From Octopus bimaculoides (Eukaryota): a DNA stretch of 64,000 nt. The position numbers were made by a program, and so were the translations under genes. The notes under the pieces were generated by a model that was given only the letters and a program-made list of their open reading frames with translations, was not told where the DNA came from and made no database searches. Below, in pieces: positions 12,301 through 28,150 of the stretch (position 1 is the stretch's first letter; every line of letters starts with the position of its first letter). The DNA is taken from assembly GCF_001194135.2 (NCBI RefSeq), contig NC_068992.1, forward strand, positions 7,029,900 through 7,093,899, written 5' to 3'.

Positions 12301-14794
12301 TTTTCTTGGTGACAAGTCCACATTGCATGAATTTTCTTTTGTTCAATAGCTAGTAGTTTATCTAAGAAAAAAAAATGATCATTATAAGCAAAGAATATAG
12401 TTTAAAAAGTTAACTTTTCTAGTGTGTGTGTGTCTCTCTATCTGTGTGCATGTGTGTGAACATATGCACTTATTTATGTATACATACTGTGTAGCTCTGT
12501 GTTCCTAACACAGCACTCAACACAAATTACTTGTGTTAAATTCATCCTTTTTCCTCTTCCATACCTAATACACACATACACACATAAGAGGTGGTCAATT
12601 GGCAAAGTCATTTAAATGTTGGACAGAATGCTTTGTGGTATTTATTTTTGCTTCCTACAAATGAGTTCAAATAGCACTAAGGTGGTCTTTGCCTTTCATC
12701 CTTTCAGGGTCAACAAAATACCAGTAAAGTATTGAAGCTGATTCTGCATTTTTCTTTCTATTTTTTTTTTTTTTTTCAGTTATGTTCAGATCTGGGGAAT
12801 GCTAGGCTTATGCTGTGTTCAGATTGTCCAAAACATGTCACCTATCATGGCATCGCTCCTGTGACTCCATCAGGAGCCATATATGTGTATATGCATGCAT
12901 TTTATTCTTGTAATCATCATACCAAACTCTACATCAAGATATACACATGGTTACATGGTACCATAAATACTCAATGAAAAATCATGAATAGCAGAGAAAG
13001 AACAGAATAAGGATAGAAATTGCCACTTTATACACAATTTTACATTTCATTTCTAATTGCCAATTTCCAGATATTTATTTTCTTTAAATTTCCAGTTGAA
13101 GAAAATGGCTATTCAGGTAGAAATGTTGCATTATAAGAAAACTAAAGTCTTCATCTTTAGCATGGAAATGGGATTGAATGATTAATGAGCATGATACTGA
13201 AAGACAAACTAGGAACTCATTATTCGAAACATAATTCCATTTCAGGCAAAAAAAAAGAAAAGGAAAAATGAACCTGATGAAGAATAGCTTGGATGTATCT
13301 TATTACATTGCTAATATATTTTCTTGATATTATGGCATTCAATGGAATTACTTTCCAACTAATTGGAAAATCAATTTCATTTCCACAAGAAAGATTTGAT
13401 AAACCTAGATGATCTGATTGGTATTAGCTCAAGGAAATGTAGCATTTCTGATTTCTAGCTTTTAGAAATTATTGCTCAGAGCTGAAGAGTAAATCCTTGC
13501 AAAAAAATCATTCATTTTGGTCTAATTCAAAAATATATAAAAGAACCATCAGATGTATTACAAGTATTACCATGAATTCATTATTGCCTAAGTTTTGTTC
13601 CTTAATATTGGTTTCAAATTTTGGCACAAAGCTAGAGGGTGGGGGGTATCAACTACATCAACCCCAGTGTTTAGCTGGTACCAATCTTTATCAACCTAAA
13701 ATGATGAAGGGCAAAGTCACCCTCAGAAAAATTTGAACACAGTGCATAAATACAGACAAACCCAAAACATATTGTTGAGAAGCAAACTTTTTAACCACAT
13801 GGCCATACATGTTCTGAGTTACAATTTAAAATCATTCTCAATTCATTTCTATTCTTCAGCCTCCTGGTGTTAATGGAGTATTATTATTAATTAATACATT
13901 GTAGTTGATTCAGTTATTTATAAACGTTGTCGAAAAATTATCTAATTATTAATTATACTTCATGTTTTATAATATCTGATATATGTCCCTTATAATGTTT
14001 ATTCTAAATTTCAATCTAAACCTGTTCTGATCCCTCGAAAGTTCAATCTTTCTAATAATACACATATTTATCTAAGAGCCATTCAAAATATTTTTTTAAA
14101 ACATGGTTAACAGTCAATTTTAAACAAAGAACTTTTCTTTTTTTTTTCCGATTCAGGAAATACAGCCTATAATTATAGCTTGTTCTTATCATTTTCATCT
14201 GCAGTCTCTCCAAACATTATACACTGATGTGAGCTGAATACTTTGTATAATCAGTAATTATTATTATGAACACAAACGACATATGTTGTTTTGAAATTCG
14301 TGGTTTCGTATTTTATTTATATTTTGCTTTTGTGTTTCAAAAAATAAGTTCCTCATATTTTGACTAATCAATAAAATGTCCAATATGTGAGTTGTTAGCT
14401 GTCAAAAATTAGAATAGATAAATGGCTGAATGTACTCTTGTAATGAGAGAAAATGACAGTATTTTTCTAAATGTCCTTCTTCAATTAAAAAGAAAGCCAT
14501 CATAATGTTTTAACTCTTTCCTGACCATATTCCTAATGAAATACACCATTCAAGTGTTTCAATTAATTCTAAAAACAATCAAGAATTTAGGAGGATTTGT
14601 TTAGTAAAGTAACTAACTTTGTCATTATTAAATTAGTATTTGATACATAACATAATAAAAGCTCCAGAAAGAAAATTAGTATGGAAAGTTTTGATTAAAC
14701 CATAATCACTTTAAAACCAAAAGCTTTCTATTGTAGTCAGAGTTCTTTCTTATATGAGCTAATATTTAGTCGTATCATAGCAGGTTATCCAAAT

Positions 14795-14965
14795 ACAGGC
14801 ATGGCCTTGTGATTGAAAGGTTTGTTTCTTGACCACATGGTCTCAGGTTCGATCTCACTGAAACCTTAGGCATGTATCTTCTGCTATAGCCCAAGACTGA
14901 CAAAGGCTTTGTGAGTGAATATGCTGGACAGAAACTGAAAAGAAACCTATCATGTGTGTGTGTGT
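14795..14965 (+). mobile_element. SINE family A 5' part
   Basis: Head ggcatggccttgtg...ggttcgatctcactg...ccttaggcatgtatcttctgctatagcc...aaactgaaaagaaacc, followed by (TG)n. Confidence 0.7.
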
Positions 14966-15332
14966 GGCATACTGTGTGTTCTTGAGCAACACACTTTGTC
15001 TCATGTTCCTCTGGCAATCACTTCAACACTTGACGCATAGTATACTGTGCACCTATCCAAGCCATGTTGATTTGATGGAGAGAGTGAGCTAATGTACAAC
15101 ACATACATTTGATCACTATAAACAAATCGTCTGTGTGGGTCGTTTGGCAAAAGCTGAACACTGATACATTCTCTTTGATGGAGAGTCCATCATATCTTGT
15201 CAATAATGTCAGATATGCTTACATTATATCCTATCTAAACCATTAAATATACTTATGGTTTGTCTTATATTAAGTTTTGCTTTGGTTCTGGTAAACGTAT
15301 ATCTGTAGCCTCATACAGACAAACACATGCAT

Positions 15333-15340
15333 ATCTATCA

Positions 15341-15434
<94 letters not shown>

Positions 15435-15498
15435 ATATCTATCTATCTATCTCTCTCTCTCTATATATATATATATACACACACACATATGAATGCAT

Positions 15499-15551
<53 letters not shown>

Positions 15552-15565
15552 CACGCACGCACACA
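15333..15565. repeat. Compound microsatellite (ATCT)n-(CT)n-(AT)n-(AC)n
   Basis: Direct inspection. Confidence 0.95.
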
Positions 15566-17486
15566 TAAATACATACTTATTTCTTTATCAATTGTGCTGC
15601 CAATACATATTGTATCTTGTCTGTAGCACAAGATATATACCTATTTTCTATATTGAATGTAACCTTAGATATACTTTTTGTAACACTATGGCTTCTGTTA
15701 TTTTCTTCTAGCTTTATCTGTGATTTTCTTTTTCACGTTTTAGAGAACTTTTGTTCTGTATTGGAGACTTTACTATATGTTTAGGAAGTGTAAATATGTT
15801 ACAGCACTCTCATGAACTCTTTCATTATATTATAACTAGAATTTTATTTATTTATTTCTGTTGTTAATGTTGTCTGATTTATCTCTACTTTGTTTAACAG
15901 TATTTTATTATATTTTTGCTTGAATTCATATATTGTCTACCAATTTATTAATGCATTCATTCATTATCAATAAGATATTTTTCTATCTGTGTAATGTCCT
16001 TAGTATTTAGTGCAGTGTCAGAGAATTTTAGTTGTATGAAGATTTGGCAGAATTAGTAAAGTAAGTAGACATCACATATTGATCCAGACATGGACCTTGT
16101 GCTACACAGGTATTTACAACCACAATGGTTGATTTTGTTTTTGAACCTGAGGTCAACCCTGATATACCCAAGCATTTGGTCAAAGGTGTTCTAGGCAGTA
16201 ACCTTCCCATCTTCTATTTAGATGTATTATATCTAAGACTACATCTTTTTTTATTTTGAAGATGATTGGGTGTGATTTGAAGCAGATTTTGGCAGCTCAA
16301 GGATCACATACCTGTTCCATATATTGGTGAACCTGATAATAATAATAATAATGATGACATCATTTTTATTTGTTGTTTAATCCCCAATTTTCCAGTCATG
16401 CTACACCTTATTTATTTCTCTTTAAAGTCTGGTATTTTTAACAGTGAAGGAGCCCTGTGAAGGTGCATGACTCACTGGGCTCACAATCATGATATAGTGA
16501 GTTCAATTCCTGGACTGAGCAATTTTCATGCTGGCATGGGTTGGAAAGGTCACTAAAGGTTTGAGTCAGCAGATATTTGGGGATACTGCTCAACTAAAGA
16601 AACTGGAGGACCATATGTTTTATTCTCAGCTTGGTATCAATGGTTGTATGCTTTTCTTAATACCAACTACCTTACGAAGTATACTGGGGTTTTTTTTTTC
16701 TATTCTTTTCTGGCATCAGCCTTAGTGTCATGTCCTTAACTAAAGATTACAAGCTCTTCTCTAAATACAGAATCTAGTATACATAATGAAGAATCTAATT
16801 TTGTGTTAGACCCAAACTGGTGTCCAGTTTAACTTGACCATTAAGTACATTTAGCAACATCCACTCTAACACAAGAATTCAGACCCAGTTTTTTTAATAT
16901 GAGGATGACACATCATTACACACTGCAGCAGCCCATAAGTCGAGTTTGTTGATAAATAAAAATGATACTGAGCTTATGATAATAATAAAGAGCTTGATCT
17001 CTCTGATTCTTCTCCCTGTTGAGTTTCAGAAACTCCTGAAAAAAAGGAGTATAAATAAGTGCAGCCCTTCCTCCTCTAAGTAAGCAATGGTGAAAACAAA
17101 GGAAAGTTGTAAAGCAAAAAGAAAATATTTCAGTAACCAAGATTTTATGGAAGATTTTTGCACCAATGCACACACACACACACACACATATATAGGTGTG
17201 TGGGAAAACACACGCATGCACACTGAATCTTACAAACATGTACGCAAATATATACACTAACATTGATGATGATGATGGTTTAAGATTGAAGGACAATAAA
17301 AACAGCCTTCCAGAGAATTAAATCCTACAAGTCTCATGTGCCAAGTAAACATGATTATAGTTAATCCTATGTTTGAAGGTGAATGACTATATATGTATAA
17401 TATATATTTGTGTGTGTGAGTATAAACATATATATATAATGTATACTTAGATGTGTACCTATGTATATATATAATGTATGTTTATA

Positions 17487-17533
<47 letters not shown>

Positions 17534-17598
17534 CATACATACATGCATAATGTACACTTATTATATATATGTATAATGTACTCACATTTTATACACGT

Positions 17599-17644
<46 letters not shown>

Positions 17645-18104
17645 AACAATTTCATTCCGCTGCCTTTTTATTTGTTAACACAAATATGCCACAGATTGTC
17701 CCCTCATAAGATAAAGCAGGAATGTCATGATTGGGGAAAAAAGTGCAGTTACTTTAAGAGGCTTTATGCTTTATTAATTTACATGTCAAAACACAGCCTG
17801 ATAACAAATTGTATTCACTTGAATTCAAATAGAATTAGGAAGGAATTACACAGCTTGGTGGGATGTGTACATCTCCTTAGTGGCAAGTCATTCATTCAGT
17901 AGAAATATTTCTTAATAGTATATAGACACACTCACACTTTGCAATATATACACGCACACTTATATATACACACACATATAAATATATACTCACACAGACA
18001 CTGATGTATATATGTTTTTATATGTACATGTTTATATATATAATATATATGTACACAAAGTTATTTATTAATATATATATGTATATATATATATATATTT
18101 CTTT

Positions 18105-18274
18105 TATTCTCTTACATGTTTCAGTCATTAGACTGTGGCCATGCTGGAGCACCACCTTTAGTCAAATATATCAACCCCAGGACTTATCCTTTGTAAGCCT
18201 AGTACTTACTCAGTCTCTTTTACTAAACTGCTAAGTTACAAGGACGTAAACACACCAACATTGGTTGTGAAGTG

Positions 18275-18280
<6 letters not shown>
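18105..18280 (-). mobile_element. SINE family A 3' part
   Basis: tttcagtcattagactgtggccatgctggagcaccacctttagtc...ctaagttacaaggacgtaaacacaccaacattggttgt. Confidence 0.8.
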
Positions 18281-18319
<39 letters not shown>

Positions 18320-18902
18320 ATATTATCATTATCAATATTTCACATCCATTTCACATGCTGAGGCCACACCAGGTACCATAGTTTGTTTTGGCTTGGTTAC
18401 TTCTGCTGGAAGCCTTTCCTAATGCCAAACACTCCACAGAGTGCTTTCTGTGTAGCACCAATACCCACACCAATGTTTTTTATGTGGCACTTTGGTTTTA
18501 GGATCTCAATTCTGTTGTAGTGGCCAGGTCTTCTCTAGTAAAGCAATGCACCACACACACACAGAGGCACACATACACACTACCGCTAAATGCATCATCA
18601 TGATGGTGATGATGAATATATATACACACACACAAAGATATATAAAGTAATACCTCGCTTGACAAGGACCCACTTTACAAGGCTCCTGCTTTACATGTTT
18701 TATTTTATAATAAATATATAAAGTTTAAACATCCATTTTGTGTGTATGTAGCAACACTGGATCTGACACATCTGCACAGCAATGGAGTAAAATGACAGCA
18801 TAAAATGTTATTGCTACTATGGGAAATTATTGCTTTGCTTCACGAGTTTTTGCTTTATAAGCGATCTTTGGGAACAAATTAACTCATATATTGAGGCATT
18901 AC

Positions 18903-20241
<1,339 letters not shown>

Positions 20242-20275
20242 TGTATATATCTGTGTATGTCTATATATTTGTGTT

Positions 20276-20308
<33 letters not shown>

Positions 20309-20332
20309 CTGCGTGTACGTATATGTATGTAT

Positions 20333-20366
<34 letters not shown>

Positions 20367-21040
20367 GTGTTCATATATTGCTGTCTCATAGTGTCAGCCG
20401 AAATTCTGTCAGTCTCGGAATAAAATGTTGAATTTTTTAACATAATATTTGTTTGATTGTTTTTATGTGTCTAGATTTCAAGTTTAACTCACGTTATTTA
20501 TTTAGTAACTTGTAATTTGTGTCAAGTTATTGCATTTCAATGCCAAGCAAAGATTACATTTTTTTTTGGCAACCCCACCATAAACTTCTCAAGCTTTAAA
20601 ATGGACTATTTTCTTGCTATATTTGTTTTAGGCATTCTCATTTAATTATTAAACCTATACAGTCTATCTAAAAATCAGAGAATCAACTAAGTACTTCCTT
20701 CTGCCAAGTATTGTTGCAAAAGTATAAATTTACAGGTCTGTGAAAACTCATAACATTTTAGTATATAAAAGTTCAAATGGAAAAATAGAAAAAATTTATT
20801 TAAAATTTTTTTTTTTCCTTGTTGTCCATGGATACAATCTTTCATCTTCAGTTTCTGAAATAAAAACAGGAAATGAAAACATTACTATTCAGTTAGTGCA
20901 TGCAGTTTTGTTTTCTCTGCTATAAAATATGAACATCCAACATAATCATAAAACCTTACTAAAATAAAACCTTTATATTTATTGTATAGAAACCTTCAAA
21001 TTTAATTTTGGCTTCTTCTTCACTGTATATAATTTTTTGA

Positions 21041-21124
<84 letters not shown>

Positions 21125-21354
21125 ATGTATATATGTTTGGAACTTGATTTTTCATAACATTAAGACTAGAAATAATTTATGGTGGCCATCTGATAAATCA
21201 ATACCACTTTGATGGAAGATAAACTGGCATAGACGGTTTATTTATTCTACTCTTTAAATAACTTTTTATAATAAAATATATGAAAAAGTTATTCACAGAA
21301 GATTAAGTGGTCTTAATTTGTCTTGGCTTCTTCTCTGGTACATGTTTTCTTTTT

Positions 21355-21715
21355 NNNNNNNNNNNNNNNNNNNNNNNNNNNNNNNNNNNNNNNNNNNNNN
21401 NNNNNNNNNNNNNNNNNNNNNNNNNNNNNNNNNNNNNNNNNNNNNNNNNNNNNNNNNNNNNNNNNNNNNNNNNNNNNNNNNNNNNNNNNNNNNNNNNNNN
21501 NNNNNNNNNNNNNNNNNNNNNNNNNNNNNNNNNNNNNNNNNNNNNNNNNNNNNNNNNNNNNNNNNNNNNNNNNNNNNNNNNNNNNNNNNNNNNNNNNNNN
21601 NNNNNNNNNNNNNNNNNNNNNNNNNNNNNNNNNNNNNNNNNNNNNNNNNNNNNNNNNNNNNNNNNNNNNNNNNNNNNNNNNNNNNNNNNNNNNNNNNNNN
21701 NNNNNNNNNNNNNNN
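21355..21715. other. Assembly gap (N run)
   Basis: Run of N next to (CT)n. Confidence 1.
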
Positions 21716-21716
21716 C

Positions 21717-21753
<37 letters not shown>

Positions 21754-22227
21754 TGCATCCCCCTCTCCCTTACTCTCTCTCAGAGTTTTGCTGATATACT
21801 TAAGCTTGTGGTTTTTTTTACTTCAACATGCAAACTCTTAATTATTGTCAATCCAACAATTGGTAGTTTGCAGGGTCTTAGATAGAACTCAGTTTCTCCA
21901 TTTCCTGAATATAAACTATAATGTAAGCAAAAAATACTACTACATTGATCATTAATTTGATTTTCTGATAATCTAAACAGAATAATTTCTGTGAACCCAA
22001 TTTTACTCAGAAAGCTTGGTCACTCTGGAGCTATGTACAATGAAATTGAATCTAGAATCATATGACTGTGAAATAAACTTCTTTCCCTCGTGGCCATATT
22101 TATATCTTAGTTTTCCTGTTTTTACGTTTTCCCATGTAAAGTTGTTCACTTATGCTTTTGCTTAGAAATATTATGGCTTTGCAAACGCATAACTAAAACA
22201 CTTGAACTTTCATTTAAAGCATTTTTG

Positions 22228-22365
22228 TGGCAAGCTGGCAGAAACGTTAGCATGCCGGGCAAAATGCTTTGTGGTATTTCGTCTGTCTTTATGTTCTGAG
22301 TTCAAATTCCACCAAGGTCAGCTTTGCCTTTTATCCTTTCAGGGTCAATAAATTAAGTATCAGTT
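22228..22365 (+). mobile_element. tRNA-derived SINE (family C), 5' part
   Basis: ggcaagctggcagaaacgttagcatgccgggcaaaatgc...ttctgagttcaaattccaccaaggtcagctttgccttttatcctttcagggtc. Decayed copies near 12590, 22460, 32520, 34610, 34745 and (minus) 13640. Confidence 0.7.
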
Positions 22366-24612
22366 CCCTCCATTCAGGCAAGATATATTCTTAATGTTTG
22401 ATCCACTGCACTACATATTCATTTGTATTGTAATGTAAGTGGGTTTCCAGTTCTTTAGATTCTGAGTTCAAACTCTGGCATGGTCAACTTTGCTTTTCAT
22501 CCTTTTGGGGTTGATAAAATAAGTGCCAGTTGAATAAGTCGGTGTAATCAACTTACCAAAATTTGAAACCATTATAATCTAAGTGGTTGATTTCCATACA
22601 CACACACACACACACACACACATTTAATTTAATCCTAAGGTAGAATTTGGGTGACAAGTGAGTGACAAGTGACTGCTCTTTACTATAACAGATCTATTCT
22701 ATTTAATGCACGTTTTCAGTTTTTGTGTATTCAGTTTCACCCACTTAACTCAGAGTAACCAGTGAGCACAATGCACTTATTAAAGGTGTCCTGCAATGCA
22801 ATCAAACCCAGGATCTTGTGATTGTTAAACAAACTTCTTTACCATTAGTCCTTGATTTCATTCATAAGTAGCCTAGTATTCTACCGCACACACATAGAAG
22901 ATCTGAAGACAGTATATATTACCGGCTGATACATTTCATTCCAAATTTAATACTCATTTTACGTGACTGCAAGATGCTAACTAACTTTATAATATAATCC
23001 AAGTGATACAAACTAACCTAGACAATGACTTTTAGAATGTGTAAAGGTAGAATTATCGAGATTACATTTGAAGTAATAAGAGCTGGATAACTATATTGTG
23101 AATATAGTAAATTAGAATAGCTGATATTGCCAAATTTTATATGTTATTAGTTATTTTTGTTCAGCTTCAAAACAGCCCTAATCAACCAACCTACGATCAA
23201 AGATTAACTTTCACTTTCTCAATTATCTTTTGTCAAGATGTAAAGTATCTGCGTTTATATTATCCAGTGTTTTCTTCTTTCTTATTTAAATTGTAAAATG
23301 TAATCTCGGGAAGATTTGGCTGGCATGCCTTGCAAGTTGAGTAACCGCATAGTCTTCCATGTTGGCCCATTAAATTTGATTATATCTATTATACTGGAAT
23401 GGTGCTAAGACATGTTTAAATAGAATAGCAATCAATAACAGTCAAAAACATATTTCTTTGATTATTCTTTAATTCTTCAAAGGCTATCAATTGCTGTTGA
23501 ATGTATATATAACAAGTAAGATATATCACTTGAAACAATCTAAAAATAAATTTAAGGAAATGATAGCTAAGAAGCTTTTACAACTTCATAAATTCTTTTC
23601 TATTATATGATTGATTGCTATTAACCATAACAGATTGGTATTTTGTTTTAATATATCAAAATTAAGAATATGAAGTGTCAACATTTATATGGCATGCTAG
23701 CAGAGTATTCAATTGTTCTAGTAAAAGATTTATGTCTCATATTTATAATAATTACTGTTAGAAAATAAATGGCTGACAGTCTGTTGTAAATCTTATGTTC
23801 TTAGCGTATGATTTGTTGAAACAGAATAAATACTTTGTTGTCATATATGGCTACACTGCCATAAAAGGTCAACAACTGTTTCACTGGTGGTTGTCATTAG
23901 CTTAGCAGCAAACATGAAGAAAGTATTTCTATTTTATTTATTCTTTTATCCATGGTTTGAAAGTATTTTTCAATTTTGCTTCTTTAGTTCGTTTTTTTGT
24001 TTTTTTTAAAGTTTTTGTCCAGTTATTTAATCAAGATAAAGTTTAATCATGCTATAAAGTTGACATAATTCTAGAGTTATAATAATTCCATCTCAAAATA
24101 TATCCTTGGATTTTTTTTATATATTCATTTTAATGCAATAGATGTATGGAAATATTTTATAGCTCTGTGTCTCTAACATTCCTCACCTTAAAGTTTTCTA
24201 TAATATAATATAACATTCAAGAAATATCTTTTTCTTATTTAACTCTTCTGGAATCTCCTGTTAATGAAATAACTCAACAGTAAAGATGGCTTAAACTTCA
24301 CCTTTCCTATTCAAAATTCCAATATGTGACAAAGAAAGCTGACTGCTTTTTTTCAGTGTGTATATAGTGGTGGAGATGGGGATCATGAGATAGATGGAAT
24401 CAGAAAGCTTAAATGTAATAATATGTAGAGTGAATCAATAACAATATATGAATTAAACTAAGATTAATATATACAAAATTCTTAGGAAAGTATTCCGTTT
24501 TCACTTGTTGAAATTGAAGTTTTGTTTCAATTTTTCTTTCATTCTTTTTCAACTTTATCTTGTTTTCTAACTTAACTTACATTCTTCTTAGTTTGGTAAT
24601 TTTTAAACTATT

Positions 24613-24673
<61 letters not shown>

Positions 24674-24808
24674 NNNNNNNNNNNNNNNNNNNNNNNNNNN
24701 NNNNNNNNNNNNNNNNNNNNNNNNNNNNNNNNNNNNNNNNNNNNNNNNNNNNNNNNNNNNNNNNNNNNNNNNNNNNNNNNNNNNNNNNNNNNNNNNNNNN
24801 NNNNNNNN
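24674..24808. other. Assembly gap (N run) after (CT)n tract
   Basis: Run of N. Confidence 1.
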
Positions 24809-25819
24809 TAGGATACTTTAAATGTTTCTGTGAGAACATTCAATGTGAAAAAAAGAAAGAAAAAAATACAAATTTCCCTCTCACTTTATGGTAGTCAATG
24901 AAGATTCAAGAAATAATATGTTAACATTTTATTTTGTTTTTAAAATATTAGTGTTGTTTAAAATAAAGATTTCATTATCGGTTCAAGATTTGTCTGTCAA
25001 AAATTTAAAACACTTTTCAGTGAAAACATATATACATATATTACTACTCCTTTTATTTTTGATGATGGCTTCAAAGAAGGTTCTGAGAACCAAATTTGGT
25101 TTTGAGTTCCTACTAAAATTGCTATTGTTGTTGGTTAATCTTAGTTTGGTTCTAATTGAGCTGACCTATTACCAAAGAGGATTCGCCCTTTTCTTCACAA
25201 GCTTTTTTTGTTATTACAAATTGTATATATAGGAATATATTACCTAATATGTCATTTGCTTTTTGAAACAAATAGGATGTTAGTTTGACTGAAATTTTAC
25301 TACTATTTCTATCCGGCTGAGATTTAGCTGCTATTTCTAGTAAATTGTGTGGTTATGTGCAGAGAGAAACTCGCTTGATAGCTTGAGCTATGATTGGTGG
25401 TTTCAGTTAGTATGATTGCTATTTGGTTCATAAGGCACCAAACTTTTAGTTTGTGCATATCTGAGACGTATGTGCTGGGTCTCATTGCCAAACAAGGCTC
25501 TCTAATTCTTGCTTGAGGCTTACTAGAAATAACAAATACATCTCCCTCAAATTATTCCACGTTGTTCTAAAAAGACACAACAGATTGGACAACATAACCA
25601 TACTTATTAAAAGTTGGTCAAATCTGTAACCCCTTTGATTATAGTTTGTTTAATTAGGTTAACTTGAAGCTAAACAACACTGACAGTAAATATCTTTATT
25701 CCAAAACTTAACTAAATAAACTTTAGTTAGATTTTAAAACACAGACGTAAATGCACTGAAGTGGCCTTACTGCAAAAACCAAAATCCTTTTTTAAGGTAA
25801 TTGTCATTGTAATGTTACT

Positions 25820-26140
25820 TGACAGGGTGCTTAGGGTGGAGGTCAAGGTGTCTCTTCAGGTTGTGCCACTAATTCTTCACTTTGAGAGATCACAGATCCA
25901 GTGCTGCAGACATCTGATTAGAATGTTGCAGGAAAGGATTGCAAAACAGTCTTTAAGCCAAGCCAAACTGCAGAGGACCTGGGGGTAGATGAAGAGCAAG
26001 ATGGTTGGATAATATCCACAGACACAAAAGGGTCATCCATGGAAATCCAACTGGAAAGTGTAATTATGCATGCTTCTGATGGGACCCAATGGAGGAGGAG
26101 CTTAAGCTATCCACATGACTTTCCTAGGAATAGTGAATAA
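25820..26140 (+). mobile_element. Old RTE LINE ORF2 3' fragment
   Basis: CCRHLIRMLQERIAKQSL...RTWG*MKSKMVG resembles the RTE GHVxRMxxERxAK...RGRP..RWxD C-terminus. Confidence 0.45.
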
Positions 26141-26503
26141 TAAAAGTCTAACAATCAACATAAACATTGATTATTACATTTTAATGTTCATTGTATAAGA
26201 TATGTTGGAACTAAATTATACTGGTTCTGATTTTTATTCTGTAAAGAACATATCATTTGATTAATTCTCTATGAAATCATGAAGAAATCAGTGAAAGTTG
26301 GTCGCTGAAAGAATTTAACCAATTCTCTAAGTAAGTCTTCAAATCAAAGCTATATCCAGCTGATATCAGTTTTGCCAGGATTTTAATAGCTGAAGAAGTT
26401 TCTATGGCTTCAATTCATTAATGTTTTTTTTTTACTATATATTTCCATCTACCAACAATTGGATTATCTTATTCCATACACTTTGTCTTTTTCCAATTTT
26501 GTT

Positions 26504-26615
<112 letters not shown>

Positions 26616-27521
26616 CTATAATCTATAAATTATGATTATTGTTAATCCTCAATACATTCTTTCATCTCTGCTATAGGTACGTTTACCAATAGGTATGTTT
26701 AATACTAGAGCATCTCTGATGACCTGCAATCAGAAGCATTCCAGGCTTGACCATCCTGTCTTTTTTGTTTTTTTCAGACATATTGTACCTTGAACCAAAT
26801 TATGCATTAAGATACAATTTGAGGCAAATTTACTTGCTATTTCTAAGAAGTTGAGTTACAACAACAATACTTTTTTTGTAGTTAACTATAATACTCCTGG
26901 AATTGTAAAATACTACACTAAATTGACCATACTCAATTTAAGAGCCACAACATCAACCAGTTTCAATATTTTCATCTTAATCTTAGTTTCTGGGGGAATA
27001 ATCAACAAAAGTTTGCATCAATATGTTCATGGAAGCTTCTACAACGTTGTGCTTCTTATTGTAGAATCTGTTGAAGAACTGCCGGAATAAATGTATAACT
27101 CAAAAGATAGTTTTCTTCTAAATATAAACTGTGAAGGTGAACATTGTCTGAACTGCTAGAATACAAAAAGAAAGTAGGAACTCAGTACTGTGTAGTCAAT
27201 AAAAACTATGGGTATAATTACTATGGCTTAATTAGTTTAATCATATCATATTTTAATGAATGTTTGACTGTTAGAAGTTGAGACATAGAAGACTTAGAAA
27301 ATAGATTGTTTTGTATGTAGATAATATAAGATCAAATACACATACCCATGAAAGAGAAACATTTTTTGTTGTGTTATTTATCCCAAGTCAGACATAAATG
27401 TGAAATCTGTAAAGAGAAGCATTCTGGTTGTGACCATCTCAATTTTTGTTTTACTGATAATATCTAATGGCTCTTTTCTTTTATGAGATGATAAAGTGTG
27501 TTTTTTTTTTTTGATGATATG

Positions 27522-27690
27522 GCTGTGGGCATGGGTATGTGGTTAAGAAATTTGCATTGCAACCACATGGTTCTGGGTTCAATCCCACTGCACAAAATCT
27601 ACTACCATAGTCTCAAATTGGCAAATGCCTTGTGAGTGGAACTGGATAGATCAAAACTGTACAGAAATCCATAGTGCATGTGTGTGTGTG
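27522..27690 (+). mobile_element. SINE family A 5' part
   Basis: tggctgtgggcatgggtatgtggttaagaaatttgcattgcaaccacatggttctgggttcaatcccactgca (A/B boxes) ... aatgccttgtgagtggaactgg. Confidence 0.75.
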
Positions 27691-27700
27691 TGTATGTATA

Positions 27701-27743
<43 letters not shown>

Positions 27744-27753
27744 NNNNNNNNNN
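27744..27753. other. Assembly gap (10 N) within (CT)n
   Basis: Run of N. Confidence 1.
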
Positions 27754-27789
27754 CTCTCTCTCTCTCATACACACACACAGAATTGGCTG

Positions 27790-28150
27790 CACAACCACCT
27801 AAAAAAAATTACATTTCAAATCCAATGGAAGCTTATTTTTCCAGAGCATTCGTAATTTATTTAAAGCTGCCCAAGTTTTGCCAATTCGGTTATGAACATT
27901 ACTTGTGGACAGATCTTCCTTTGCAATTTTATTTCTGAGATATGTGAATTTGTTAACATTTTTCAAGGATTTTCTAGATATGGGACTAATGGTGCCACTC
28001 TGGCAGTACATATATTCTGTCTTGTCTGAGTTGACATAAATCATACTGTTGTATATTAGGAATGAAGTTGATCATTTGTGATTAGTAACTTCAAGTAAAA
28101 TACCAAAAGTATTTTCAGAAATCAATGGCTTTTACTTGACTTAATAGAAC
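27790..28150 (-). mobile_element. Old RTE LINE ORF2 fragment (downstream of RT)
   Basis: YVNSDKTEYM...VNKFTYLRNKI...RIGKTWAALNKLRMLWK...LKCNFF matches the RTE INxxKTEYM / KFxYLGS / RIGKAWAAFxKL pattern. Confidence 0.75.

Noticed and set aside
15260-15711. ORFs made of YLSI, THTH, SLSL, IYIY and ERER repeats here and throughout the window
   Set aside because: Translations of microsatellites lack stops by construction; there is no coding signal.
17045-17175. TATAAATA followed by ATG and MVKTKE, reminiscent of a Tc1 transposase start
   Set aside because: Similarity ends after six residues, there is no TIR, and the frame runs into a microsatellite.
21303-21885. Long ORFs spanning N runs (also 7297-7684, 24560-24843)
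   Set aside because: Artefacts of assembly gaps.
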